A DNA stretch of 64,000 nucleotides from Callorhinchus milii. Lineage: Eukaryota. The translations under genes and the position numbers were made by a program. The stretch covers positions 107,200,001-107,264,000 of the forward strand of contig NW_024704743.1 in NCBI RefSeq assembly GCF_018977255.1. Reading direction: 5' to 3'. The notes beneath the pieces are model-generated. The model made no database searches. It was given only the letters and a program-made list of their open reading frames with translations, and was not told the origin of the DNA. This document shows, in pieces, positions 38,660 to 52,400 of the stretch. Position 1 is the first letter of the stretch. The number at the start of each line of letters is the position of its first letter.

Positions 38660-39531
38660 TTGGATACATTATTCTCGGGCTCATGGAAACCTGGCTGTGC
38701 CCCAGTGACCCCCTCCGCCTCATCGAAACCTCCCCGCCTGGCAACACTTTCCAGCCCACCGAGCCTCATCTCCCAAGCCTTTCTTAGGCTATCTGCCTAC
38801 TCCTCTGGCACCTTCCTCCCTTTGAGCACTTCATCCTGTACCATCCCTCCCCTCTCTCTTCCAAAAATCTCCCTAATGTACTGCCGCCCCCTTACCCCAC
38901 CCCACGTACAAACAACCTGGCTCCTTCCTCTTTCTGCCACGACTCATACCACTGCCCGCACCCTACACTACTCTGACCCAATTTCTCTTTTCTCCCTCAC
39001 AACCATCATCACCCAGATGAAGCCCACCACCTGCTGCCTCAACACCCATCCAGTCACCTGTGGGGTACTCCAAGACTCCTTCTTTGGCGCTCTTCTTTTC
39101 CTTATTTACATGATCCCTCTCGGCGATGTCACCCGCAGACACAGGGGGGGTAAACTTCCACTTGCATGCGGAAGACACCCAAATCTACTTCTCCTTCTCC
39201 AGCTGTGACTCTAGGTCCACTGATGTTCAGTCAACTTTCTTGTCAGACACCAAACCTCAATGAATGCAAACTTCCTGCAGTTGAATGTTGACAAGATGAA
39301 AGCCATACTTTTTCATTCAGGTCAAAATTGTCTCTCCCGTAGCTCTGACCTTCTCAACCTCCCTCAGACTTACTGATCCTATGCATAACCTAGGCACCGG
39401 GTTCAATCCCCAGCTAATCATCCTGCCCCCAAGTCGATCCCTGATCATGACAGCTTTCCTCCACTTCTATCACTGTTAAGCACTACAAGATGCTACCCAG
39501 CCTGAAGGGCGCAATATAAAGTTGTTGTTGT
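38660..39531 (+). mobile_element. Degenerate, internally deleted L2-type LINE (endonuclease and RT remnants plus tail)
   Basis: ETWLCPSD (APE endonuclease ETWL motif); TCGVLQDSFFGALLFLIYMIPLGDV (degenerate GVPQGSxLGPLLF); after a frameshift FHLHAEDTQIY (degenerate YADDTQ); ends gaagggcgcaatataaagttgttgttg. Confidence 0.85.
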
Positions 39532-40255
39532 TAGCCCAGCCAATTTATTTGCCCACAAAATACATTAAACCTCTTTACACTATATCTTGTGAAGTGCTTT
39601 GAGACTTCTCCCAAAGTGAAAGGCTCCATATGAAATGTAAAATATTATTATTGTATCAGGTATATTGGCTCCCTGAAGCCCAACTACATTATAATTGATT
39701 TGTCACCACTTACTCTTCCTCTGGAACAAAATCTGCCCAGGTCCCATGTGAAAGCAGATAGATGTCTAGAAGATGAGCAATATGAAAGGGATTGGACTGA
39801 TTCTTGATGACAGTGACACCCATTCCACCCCACTCTCTGAAATACAGAAAAGCTTGATATAATCTAGAAGAACTTGCATGTTAAATAAATGAATCGTTTA
39901 CTTGTTGTGAGAGTAAGCTGGGTGTCATTTTGGCACAGCATTTTCTCTACAGTGGAGTGGAAAAATATGGGTCTGTGCTTATATTTTTAGAGTTTCTGAT
40001 CATCCCGGAGAGCATCATGTAGAGGCCAACTCAATGTCCACTGGGACAAAGAGGAAAATGGGAAGATAAGCCTATTACTTTGTACTTAAGGGGTTAGTAG
40101 TGGCCAATTACTGAACATTTTTGGCAGTCTTCTTGGCTGGGAATGATGAGAGGTGGAAAGAGCAGAAGAGAAAAATGAAGATGGATTCTTACAGAAAATT
40201 ACTGGTGGGACCCCAAACAGATATTTGAAACAGCTGAATTACAACCAGATACAAC

Positions 40256-40550
40256 CTGGGCAGGGTAAAACCTGAGGCAAGTTTCCTTATTCCACACAAC
40301 TCTGCTTACCTAGCAGCAAGTAGGAACCCGGTTGTTAGTTGATTGGCAGGCGGATCGCTTTTCCAGGAGTAATAATCTTTGTAATATAATAATAATTTTG
40401 TCCATGATTGTTTGTGGGACACTACTGTACGCAATTGGCTGGTGCGTTTCACCAACAAAATATAGTCAATTCACTTTATAGTATATTCTATGAAGCGCTT
40501 TGAGACATCTAAACAACGTAATACGGCGCTATCTCAAATGCAAGGATTAT
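40256..40550 (+). mobile_element. SINE, long subfamily, 5'-truncated
   Basis: ggcaagtttccttattccacacaactctgcttacctagcagcaagtaggaacccggttgttagttgattggc, followed by the shared tail. Confidence 0.8.
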
Positions 40551-43500
40551 ACAGGCCTGCTTCAACTGTTATCTTTTTGTCTCCAATATCCTTTCTTTCC
40601 CATAAAATACTAAGGTTCTTTAAAATAAAAGATTTCTGCTGCCTCAAACAGTATTCGCTTCTATTTTCTGTAATGATGGTTACGAGAGTGAAACAAGTAC
40701 TAAAAATGTCTTTTAAGTAAAATGATTGCCTCAGGCAACCATGCTTATAAGAGAAAAAAAAGTTTATAGCACCCAAACTGCTAAACCATGTTTGTATTTA
40801 ATCAGCAGGATAATCCTCAGTGAACGTTGACGGAAACAAATTTGAATAAAACAGCTTTGTCCGATGCAGAAGAAATGTTTCGATATGTGCATATGTTTCT
40901 CACGGTTCAAAGCTGTGACAAATATACTCATTGTTTTTCTTGCAGTAATGTCCACACCCTTTGGGCGTTACTATGTATCTCTCGACTTCAACTGATCATT
41001 TTGCCTGAGCATCAAAAAACGCTTGTGCAATTTTTCACTGTGTACCCATGCCTTATTTATAGGATTGCTCTTTAGCACAATGAGAACGATGAACAATGTC
41101 GTCAAACATTAACTGCTTTCTTTACATTGAAACAAATTGGATTTTTCTATCAAGGATCAAGGATATAAGTATTAAAGAAAATATTCTCTGAAACAATCTT
41201 TTTGCAATAAGATATCCATTTCTCAACCAAAGTCTGGATTCAACTCTCAACAGGCACATACAATTTCAATTTCTTTATTAAAATAAAATTTAAATATTCC
41301 AACCTGCAACTAGTCAGGCATGGGTGAATTGCTTCAATACTTTCATTCAGGTCGTCAGGAAACATGAAATGTATAATTCGTGTTTTTCATTTCTCGTTGA
41401 AAAAGAACAACCGAAAATGGTTCGGTGCTTTCAGTTTTTCCATTACTTTCAAGCAAAGCCTTTTTATTACTCGTTTTAGTAAAACACATTAAAATCAAAT
41501 ACCTCCTGTAGCAAAACGATTCAAGCCCCTGGAACTCAAATAATTTTGTAATAAAAAATGCATGAGACAAATAAATGCACTTTATGTTCCACAAGAAAAG
41601 ATAGTTTCAACAGACTAATGCACAGAGAAAATTCATTTTATTAGCCATCCATTTCATTCTTGGCTGCTGCTACAAGCTCTCTAGCGTTGCTAGGTAACCA
41701 TAATTCATAGTAGCTCTTAATGGATACTCCGCTAGCACTGAGAACATTAAGGTGAAGAGAATAAATGCCTTGGGTGAATCTTGGAATCTTTCATTATGCA
41801 TGTCGTTCTATTTTTATAATGCTATAATGCTGCAATGTTTCTCCGTCAGGAAACTCAGTTGTGGTAATTGCATATTTCACTGTAATATGTTTTGTAAGCA
41901 GAGCAGCACGTAGTTGTCTAAAATGAGCTATTACAAACATGATTGAAATTGACCTTTTCTGCTCTTGAAGCCAGCAAATAAACCCACAGCTGTCTTGCCA
42001 TAAGCAACACAAAGAATAAACTAGCTCGCATTTTTAGTGGCAGTGCACACAGAACTTGAGTGTTTTAGCAAAAACAAAAACAGTTCGCCATTTTCGTTAA
42101 ATATATTTACATCCTGTTTTTAAAAAATTCCGAAGAGCTACGGTGAAAATGCTTTGAGTTATTGTTATTTGCAGAAATGTAACACCTTATTTTTGGAATC
42201 ATAGTGAAGAGAGGTTGCAATAGCTTTATATACCAGCTAACAGTGAGCAAATCTGCTTCATTGTTCAGCTAAAGTCCCTAATTCAGTGTACCAGCATAAT
42301 TAGGGACTTCTGCTGCTTTGTATGGTGCATGATAAATATTATTGATCACAGAAGGCACAGATGTCTTAATGAGAATTCCAGCAATGTTTACATATCAGTA
42401 CATGCCTTGCAACCATTGTTGTGCCACTAATAGTATGTCATGAGAGAGTTTGCACACTTTAATTATGGAATGTTTATCTTTAGTCAAAAGAGACGACACA
42501 TGATTGCTTTGCAGAATCCTTTCAGAAAAGGAACAAGAGAGTGTGCAGTGAAGTTGAAAACGCGATTGTCTGTCGAGTCTTCCAAGTGTGCCACAATCCC
42601 ATTTCCACTGCATTTGATGGAACAATGAATCAACAGTAGAATATTAAATCCCCCCAATTTAAAATTGGCATTGACAGAAGTACAACCATTTGGAAAACAC
42701 TTTTGCTGGAACAGTGATATTCCCCCCCCGCCCGCCCCCCCCATGAGTTCTAAACATTTCAGATCATTGCCTGTGAAGCATTAAAGTTAACCAAACTTGA
42801 TTTTGTGCAACAGCTTTAAATTAACTACAATCGTGCAGACATTTAGTGATTGTCGTTCATCAAACCCGGGCAAAATAAATAATAATCTGGTCAATCTCAA
42901 CGCATTTATGCTCTTTTATTCTCAATATAATGAGGTTATTTGAGCAGCCTGAATAGAACTGGTGTTTCACCATTTATTTGCTGTCTGCACTGACAAGTTA
43001 CTGTAGCTATGAGAAATGTCAGAGATGTAGGCAATCTTGAAAAAGTGAAAGGCATATAAAGAGATAGCACCATTCATATGAAACACTGCCTTGTACCCAT
43101 GGAAACCTCAGTTTGGTTTCAGTCCAACTATGTGTAACAGCAGACACCCACCATATCTTGCATGGTTGTTAAGGTTTGTAAGTGTAAGTTTTGGTAACTT
43201 TAGTTCTTCATTCACTGGTCTTTTGCACTTAATAATAGGTTGTGGGTGCTCTGCTTGGGTTGGTATTTAGCTGTGGCTGTTGGTACAATATGGTGATCAG
43301 CCTGAACCAAATGAGCTCAGTAGTTTCACAGAGTGCCCTAATTCAAATAGAAGGCAGTTAACTTCTCATTTGTTTTATTTCTTCAACATTCATTGTATCT
43401 GTCTGCCCCTCTTGCTGTTAAGTTTCCATGTGATGGACAAGTTACCAAATTAGAGCCGTCAGGTAACTGCCCCCAGATTCCTGTTGCAAAGAGATGCAGA

Positions 43501-46500
43501 GCAACAACAACAACAACGTGTATTTATATAGAGTCCATCACAGCATCTCCATCATCTTAATAATGACGTAGTTTGATACCAAGTCAAGAAGAAAGGAAAA
43601 GTGACCATAGGCACAGGTGCAGAGGAAAGTCTTCAGGTGTGATCTGAAGACAGGGAAAGAGGGACCAAGGTGAAGGGAATTCCAGAGGGCAGCTGTGGAG
43701 ACACATTCTAACTGCTCCTCCTTGGCTCCTTGAGGGAATACCATGCTTGTGTTTGGCACCTCCCATGGCAGCACTCTCAAGGCTCCAAGCTGATAGTAAG
43801 AGATGTTGAATTTACTATCTCAAAGGGAACCATTAGAGGCAAAATATGCTTCTACAAGGCAATTGACATTTTTATGTTGACATGCACACGCTGACTATTT
43901 GAATGTGTACATTTTATAGTCTTGGGTTCGTTCCTTACAATATGTGCATCCAAACATAAATATTAAATGTTTATCCCAAAACAATTCAAATTCATCTGAG
44001 TGTTCATCCCATTGTTCTTAGTGAGGCAATGCTGGTGAACATTGGTTACCTACAAAACAACGTTCGATGTTAAATATAAATTTATTATTTGTGATTTCCA
44101 GATCATCAACCCTTTTTCTACTGATCCATTGATTTAGGTCATGTCTGTCATGTGATTCAGGTGGACATTATAGAATCTCCTGCCACTATTACAAAGAAGC
44201 ATGGCAGAGGAGAAAGGTTCATTTAGTCTTATATTCACCCCAAAAACTGAAATTAATTGGCTCCTTATTCCTTGTTGTTTGTGGCATGTAACTGGTGCAA
44301 ATTAGCTGCTGTGTTTGCCTACAAAACAACATTCACTTCATTTCCAATTAACCTCATTTTGTGGTGCACTTTGAGATGTTTGTTTTACGTGAAAGATGGT
44401 ATATAAATGTAGGATGTTGAATATTTAATTGGATCTACAGATGTAATCAGAAACCAGTTTCAGCACATGTCGTAATCTCTTGAAGCTATTGTTGGACAAG
44501 TGTTGCCGTCGTATCTAACAACTCCATGGCATAAATCCACTATAAAGTAATCACTTTCAGTATTACTGGATGGGCCAAATGGCCCACTTCTATGCTATAA
44601 ATATGCTACAATCACTTTACAATATTATTTTTTTCAATATGTGCATTCTTAAGGGATTTGATTGGTCTCAATTTCAAATATTCGTTTTGATCCATAGAAA
44701 AACAAATTAGAAATATGCACAATACTTAAAGATGAAAATGAAGATTTTGAAAGATACATTATGGCCTTAAGTTTGTTTATTTACATGCTTCATACATGTA
44801 TTTAATTGATCTGTTCTTCATCAATCCAGCTTTGTTTGACAAGGGTTTGGAGATGGTATTAAAAATATTTGTCCTCTCAGTTTTCATTAAATCAAGGGCT
44901 GTTTGTATCCTTCCTGCTAAGGCTGTCTCCTTGGATATTCTGGTAGTCCTTTCAATAGTTGCAAAATATTAAGAATTCATGCTGCCATCCTACATTTGAA
45001 TTTGCTGTTGTTCTCCCCAAAGACCTGAAGAAGCATTTTGCTTTAGTCTCACATGACCTGCTGAGCACCTACTGATGTGATGGTTGTCAAAACGATTGTA
45101 TAATAGGCTATGAGTATAAAAGTAAACCCATATAGTAGCTAGGCACAAAGAATGAATGCTAAAAGTATTCTGGAACCCAATCCCATGGGGTTTAGAGCCT
45201 GGAGCGGCTACCAGTACAAATTGGTACTACAGTTGTACATTGGTTCGGAACTTCTTCAATCTGCCAACAAATAGCTCGATCTATGGAGAAACTAATCCAA
45301 GCAGGCACAAGCAATTCCATTTAGCAGTAAGGTAATTTTAAGAGAGATTATCATGCAATAGTTTTTTTTGCTTGCAAAAGCAAATACCTAATGAAAAAAT
45401 GAAGATCAAGGCAATAATACAACAACAACTTGGACTTATATAGCAGCCTCCACATAGGGTAGCATCTCAGAGCGCTTAACAGTGGCAAAGCCTGACTCCG
45501 AGCCAGGGGGAGGGTGCGAGGGATGAGCAGGAGGCCGGTGCCAGTCGAGCAGAGGTGCCGGGTGGTGGATTGGGGAGTGGGGAGGTCAGAGAGGTAGGAA
45601 GGTGCCAGGGAGTGAATGGACTTGAACACTAGAGGGAGGATCTTGAAGTTGAATAATAAAACTCATTGTTCCATAATAACCAATGAGTTTTGTTCCAGTA
45701 ACAATACAGACACAGACAGGGCTGGTGATGGGTGCTACTACAGTACATGCTGCTCTTTTTGCAAAGGGTTGCAGGCTCCAACCTCAGATGGTACACTTAT
45801 TTGGCAAAACAGGTGCACGTTTTACTCCTTTTGGCTACTAAAATACTGGACAATGAATGTGGAATTCTCTGCCTCAAATCGGAGTTGCAGCAGAGATCAT
45901 AAATTATCTTAAAATGGTATCAGGTAGATGATTGCCAAGGATGAATATTAAAGACTACATAGAGCGAGCAGAAAAGTGGGACTGGATTAGCTCTTGTGAG
46001 GACCTCCCACCTTCTGCCCCCCACACACAGCACAGACTTGATGGGTCAAATTACCTGTTTCTGTGCTGTATCATTCTGATTCCATATCCTCAGCAGAGGT
46101 TACTCAGAAGTGAGGTTGCATAATCGATATAATTCTGTGCTGCAGATAGCTTCAATGGAACCTTGACTGAGCTTGCCTTGATGTATTATACAACCATCAG
46201 AGATGCCACAATAGTCAGAGGAAGAGAAAGTATTTATTTTTCAACTTTCTCTGGTTTAGATATTAATCTCAATCTCTGGGCATAAACATGAAAGCTGAGA
46301 ACACCATCTCTGCCGGCAGCATCACCTGCCCTCTGATAGGCTTGCATTATAACATCATGAACCTATTCAGTGAAGTACGTTTAATATGCTGGTTTCCAAC
46401 AATACAATCGTAAATATTCATTGTTTATGTGTGACTATTATTTCTGGAAGCATAAAGCCAAAATGCACTTTATGACTGTTTTATTGTTTTAATTCAGACT

Positions 46501-46639
46501 TTAGGAAAGCAGTCATTTTGCAGGAAGTTTAGGTTATTGAACATGACAAAATCTAAACAGAATCCAAATTCTTGAAGATCATAAATCATTTCCACTTGAT
46601 CAAAAGTGTAACTGTCTGGCAGTACAGAGGAGAGCACGG

Positions 46640-47050
46640 ATGATCCCCTGTGTTAAAGGGATGAGCTACGAGGAATGACTAGATAAGCTACAGATCTTCA
46701 ACCTTGAAACAAGAAGTCTCAGAGGAAACCATAAGATGCCAAATGGGATAGAGAAAGCACATCTGTAATGATGCTTTCAAATATATCAACAAGGCAGCAG
46801 ATGAGAGGACATATGCTCAGAGTTGCGAAAGGCAGTTTAAGGCCAGACACCAGGAAATGTGTCTTTACACAGAGGATAGATAACAGCTGGAACAAGATGC
46901 CAGGTAGGGTATCAGAGAGAAGGACTCTATAAGGACCCCATTTAAGATCAGCTTGATACCATTATGGTAATGGTACAGTGGTATTCGGAAAGAATAACAT
47001 CAAATGAGTCCAAGGACCTTCTTCATGCAAATCTTTCTTGTGATCTTGTG
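46640..47050 (+). mobile_element. CR1-type LINE ORF2 3' remnant
   Basis: Translates MIPCVKGMSYEE*LDKLQIFNLETRSLRG, a degenerate CR1 LSYEERL..LFSLE.RRLRG motif; ends in a ttcttgtgatcttgtg tail. Confidence 0.75.
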
Positions 47051-47433
47051 AAATCTACATTTGAAGGCTTTGCTTAGTATTATGTGCTTATCTATCTTTT
47101 ATGAATAGATATTAATTATCGATGATACACATTTATTACCCCTATATTATTAGGAACTTTTAATTTTCTTTGTATGATGTAAATCATGTGTTTGCTCAAC
47201 TCAACCTTGTTCCTAATAATTTGACAGATTAGGGAGAATGAGACATTAACTCAGCAACAATTTTTCCAGAGGTTCTGAACTGACTAAACATGAAAAATTA
47301 CAACTGTACTAAAATAGGTGCCAAATAATAATCTCCCTCCATAAATATTAGAATGTTTTTGGCCGACTTACCAATTGCTTTTGAGATCTACCTTCGAGAG
47401 GTTTCATGACAAAATTATAAATGAAGTACCTAC

Positions 47434-47676
47434 CACAGAAAGGCAGTTTGAAAGCAGGGCTCCGTCTTGTCCCAACATATTAGACACTGTTATTGCAGGA
47501 AGATTCATATTCTGAGGGTTGAATGGAAGTAGCCCGTTCTGGGGCACTGAGTGGCAGATTGAGTGGTAGGCAGATTCCGCGTCAGACAAGTGGACAAGGG
47601 AGTGGTCTGGCATGGTGGGAGGTGTAATAGGAGGGATATCAAAGTCTTCATCTCCAATGCTTGGGACCGGATATGA
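47434..47676 (-). CDS. TOX: TOX coding exon (exon 3 by human numbering), 243 nt, phase 0/0
   Basis: Translates SYPVPSIGDEDFDIPPITPP...NMLGQDGALLSNCLSV, matching the TOX N-terminal region. Acceptor ttttttttgcag|TCA; donor GTG|gtaggt. Confidence 0.96.
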
Positions 47677-47759
47677 CTGCAAAAAAAAATACTTGTATCA
47701 GTAGGACATTAAAAACAACAACTGCTGTACATTAACAATCATTATTAAGCAGAATGCAT

Positions 47760-48190
47760 GTCAGTTTGCCTCAACTCGTTGCTTCTGGGTCAGCGATTTA
47801 TGGGCTAGAACCCCGCCAGGATTTCAGTTCATGATATAAGCGGACACCCCAGTGTAACATTGAGGCAAGTGTCGACTTTGGTTGGGAAGTTAAACCTATC
47901 TCCCGGTTCAGATGGTCGTTAAAACATTCATGACACTATGTCATAGATGATCAAGAATTTTCTAGCTGTTCTGGCCACTATTCTTCCCTCATTTAAACCC
48001 TCCTCCAGTCTACCTCCCTCCCACAAAACAGATTAAATTTGGTCAACTGCCGTGCGCAATTTATTGCCGCATTCCACAAAAAAGATACAGTCAATTCACT
48101 TTACAGTATATTCTGTGAAGAGCTTTGAGATGTCTCGAAGACGTGATAAGGTGCCATATAAAATATAAAATTCAAGAATTATATTTATTA
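47760..48190 (+). mobile_element. Older Deu-domain SINE with shared tail, just upstream of the exon 3 acceptor
   Basis: Degenerate head and Deu body, then cagtcaattcactttacagtatattctgtgaag..gagatgtctcgaagacgtgataagg. Confidence 0.65.
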
Positions 48191-48833
48191 TTTAATCGTT
48201 ACTTGTGGCATATTGCTGCCATAGATCAGCTGAAATATTTGTCTGGTAGCAACAGTAAGAACACTTTAAAAAGTGCACAAACACATTGTGTCAAGATTAA
48301 TTGGAAATATTTAATAATAATAATTCTTGCATTTGATATAGTGTCTTATTTTGACATGATAAGTATTATCTAGACTGTATAATGGTATAATGCAGGAACT
48401 ATTACTATGCTATATAATTTGCATTACTGATTTTGCAGGTTAAGAAAACAGCAATGAGAAAGGTTTCTACAGTTTAAGAAATTGAATTCTATATTTGATG
48501 AAATCTCAACAGCCCAATATGCACATGCCAAACGACATCATTTTTGTAGTCAAGGCCAATTACTAAAACAATGAGAAGATCAATTGAAAATTTATATTAA
48601 AAAAATTGTGTTTAAGTGTGGAGGAGGTTGAAGTTAATTGGAATTTGTTATATTATTATTATTTGAAATGATTTAAAAAAAGGATTCATTGTTACAAAGG
48701 CATTTTAAAACCATAAATTGGCGCTAGAACAAAATATGAAATGGCCAATAAATACTCCACTGGAGCCTGTGTAATGAAAATGAATGTCATTGTGCAATGC
48801 AGTAAAAGGCACTTCATCCTTCTGTGCATGTAA

Positions 48834-49470
48834 AACAACAGCAACAGCTTGTACTTATATAGCCGTCTTCACGTAGAATAACAACTCAGAGCGCTTTATA
48901 ATGGGGGTGGCTGCCGAGCCTGGCGAGGGTTGAGAGGGGGAAAGAGGAAGAGGTAGATTTTAAGGTGAGACTTGAAGACAGATAGGGAAAGGGGGAGTGA
49001 GACAGAGGAGCCAAGGGAGGGAGTTCCAGAAGTTAGGCAGTGTAGAATTGCAAAGCTTGGTACCAATGGTGGCACAGGTAGGGTGGGGGATGCACAACAG
49101 GTTTAACTGAACTCATCATGAGGGGGTGGGACGAGCAGGAGAGTGGAGTCGGAGGAGATCGGAAAGATGGGGAGGCACAAGGGTGTGGAGGGATTTGTAG
49201 TAGAAGGTGAGGTCCTTGAAATTAATCCATTGAGAGACAGGGAGCCAGTGGAACCTGGCGAAGATGGACTGAAGGAGTTTGGTGTGAGTGAGGATGCGAG
49301 TGGCAGAGTTTCGGATTGAGGTGTTCAGGAGACTAGCTTAGAAGTGCATTCGGAAAGTTCCAGCCAAGAGGCAGGGTTTTGGTGGCATTTAAAGTGAGGT
49401 AGGGGCGCAGGCGGGCTACGCGGCAGAGGTGAAGAAAAGCAGTCCTGGACAGAGAATGGATGTGAGTGAG
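48834..49470 (-). mobile_element. L2-type LINE 3' end
   Basis: Starts with the (aac)n cttgtacttatatagc tail, then a purine-rich body; the minus strand encodes an L2-like HWLPV-type segment (gagacagggagccagtggaac). Confidence 0.75.
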
Positions 49471-52400
49471 AAAAAACAATAACAAAACTCTCTGATGAAT
49501 AGAAATATTCTGATATGAGTTAGCACTTGGCTGTTTTATAGACTGAAGTTTGCATCATCATATCTACATGTCTTTCTTTAAATGACATTACAAATATTTG
49601 AAGATTTGCCCTTGTATTAAGCCATTTTCAAGCTGTTAAGCCATTTTTGAAAAGGAAGAAAAAATCGCTGTTATTTTAAAAAATTCAGTAAATGTTGGTA
49701 AATGTTATTTTAGCGAATTTAGAATATTATTTCACTCAAATAAACTAAGCACGGAACCGTGTAAAAGCTGAAACACATGATTTAATTAGCAGGAGTAAAA
49801 TTAGACCAGGTTGCTGTCAAACAGAGCAATAGGATTAATCCAGATGAACTGTAATTTTTATACCATATCATGTTTTGTTAAGGTACATCATGTTTAATTA
49901 CTGGAGAGCTTCAAATGCGCTATTGTAAAAATATATTAAGTATAAATACACACACATATTACCAATGGTTAAGGATGTGTTAGGAAGTTGGTTTTGAATT
50001 TCATTGTGTGCACAGAGGACAAGAAAATCCACCTTCGGCTAGGTTATTTCATATAATACACCCAACGTACTTTTCTACTTACAGTGGCTTATTTCTTAAA
50101 AGGTTGAATCTACTGCATGAAAGACATACAACCTCACCTAACAGCTTCCCTCCTATATAAGTAAAGCCCGATGAAAGTAAATGTTGCAAACATCAATGCG
50201 CCACAGCGAAATCCATGCCAGCACAAATAAGTGCACAGAAAATGTTTTAAGTGACAAGCAGGGTTGACAAAACAACAGCTTAAGTTACAGTGCACTACAA
50301 CTACATTAGGGATTTTCAGAGCCTAACCTCTTCCTTACACATGATGTGCAAACATTTACAAAAGCAATAATAGCAACTGTGGGAACTAATTTGCAGGTTG
50401 TGTTCACCATGCATAAACACAATTTGCACAGGGAATTACAGATGCCCTCAATTATTTAATTAACAACCAAAAGAAATGATTGCAATTGTAATTTTGGCAT
50501 TTACCCCTCCATGCTTGCAAAATTGTCAACACGCTCAACAGAGGATGGCAACTTCAATCAAAAGAAACCCACTCCTTTATAAATGCAAGTTGTTGGCTTT
50601 TGCAACAACTTGCATTTATAGAGCCCCTTTAACATAGGACGAGATCTGAGTTTTTCACAAAAACAAGGGTGGATATCAAGCACTCGATATGGGTAGCGGG
50701 GAAGGCTTAAATCTTTGATTTAAATATTTGACTTGTAGGCACAGGCACATGATTTAAAGAGAGACAGAGTGAAGGATTTTTAGAGGTTAAGGGCGTATTT
50801 GTTGGAAGGCTCAGCCACCGATGGTGGTGGCATGGAGGGAGCAGTTAGGTGACTGAGGAGGATGAGCAGAAGAGTCGGATAGGGTGATGATAGGGAGGTG
50901 CAAGGGCACAAAAGGATATATAGCTATCTGAGACCTTATCCTATGTGATAACATAGGATAACATAGGATAATATATGTGATCCTATATAAATGCAACTTA
51001 GCATTGTTGTTGTATTTACATTTATTAACATCTACAAGGATGGATAACAATAACAAACACAAAATTTGGCATAGGCAGCGATATGTTTTCCCTTATGTAG
51101 CTATGATTCTAGTATGAAATCTGATGAGAAACCTTTCATTGTGTCACCAAGCCTTGAGGGAGAAGATTCAATATTACACAGCTTTTAACTGAAAATCCCA
51201 AAATGCTGCTTAGGCTATTATCCTGCATAAACACATCCAAAGTTTCTTCTACAGTAGGTAATACTAGTGAAATATACTCATTCTAAGAAGTAAATTAGTT
51301 TTGAACATTTTACCATTTTCCAACAAAAGAAAATGGGAGATGCACCCAAATATCCAATCTTTACAAGCAGACGGAACAATCTGAGAGAACAGATAAAACA
51401 CATCTGGGTCAAGTTTTACTCCCAGGATTGTTTACCACACAGCTCAAGAAGTCTATCTAATTGGAAAATTATCTGGTTCCATTGATAATGGCTGCTGAGA
51501 AAGAGCCTGGACCTGCCTTCGCCCAATTTACTCTGTGGCTAAAGAAAGCACCCAAACATGCTTTCTCTGCCATCAAACTAGCAAAAAGATAAAAATAAAT
51601 AATAATTCTTGCATTTGAGATAGCGCCTTATCAGGTCTTCGAGAAATCTCAAAGCACCTCGCAGAATATACTGTAAAGTGGATTGACTGTGTATCTGCGG
51701 GCAAAATAATCAGAGGTGCAGAGAAATATTTTGTGACGCATTGAACCCATTTGTGTGCCCTGAAATAAGACATTCTCTTAGATTCAACAATGACTTGCAT
51801 TTGTATATCGCCCTTCATGTGGGGTAGCAGCAGAGCATGCTGGGCATCACTGAACAGGAAAGTACTCAATTTCTCATCACTAACACCTCTCTTCTCGATG
51901 AGAACCTTCCTCTCCCAAATATCAAACACATTTGGTCCCAATTCAATGGAATAATCTTTGGTAAAATTGAATAATTAGAATGAACAATAGCAAATCGTTC
52001 CAATGTTACATGAAATCTTTACCTTTCTTGAAGACTACTAATCTTAATAAGCAATTAAACCCATAAGCAGAACAGTCTCATTTTCACTGAAGGAAGCAGA
52101 TTTTTCAAGAAATCCCTATAAGAAGAACTTTGAAATCAAAAGGCAATAGTCCTGATAATCAATCAGGGCAATGTATTTTAAGTTAGTGGTATCTAAACTA
52201 AGGGCACAAGAAACAATACAATAAGAAAATACTATTGGGCCAATAAAGCTCGCTTCTTCACTGAAACATGTACATTCTGTTCTATCGTGTCTGACCACAC
52301 TTGTTTAATGTTTTGCGATACCGTTTTGCAAAGATTTATCTTGATGCCCAAAGGTAATAGTGTGAAACTGCTGGACATTGATCTAGCATCATTCTAGCTT

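Noticed and set aside
38660..39208. 182-aa plus-strand ORF as a novel antisense gene
   Set aside because: It is a frameshifted L2 LINE remnant with degenerate endonuclease and RT motifs.
50936..50972. 11-bp hairpin and ataacatagg duplication
   Set aside because: It lies at a junction between decayed repeats and is most simply a local slippage or repair product.
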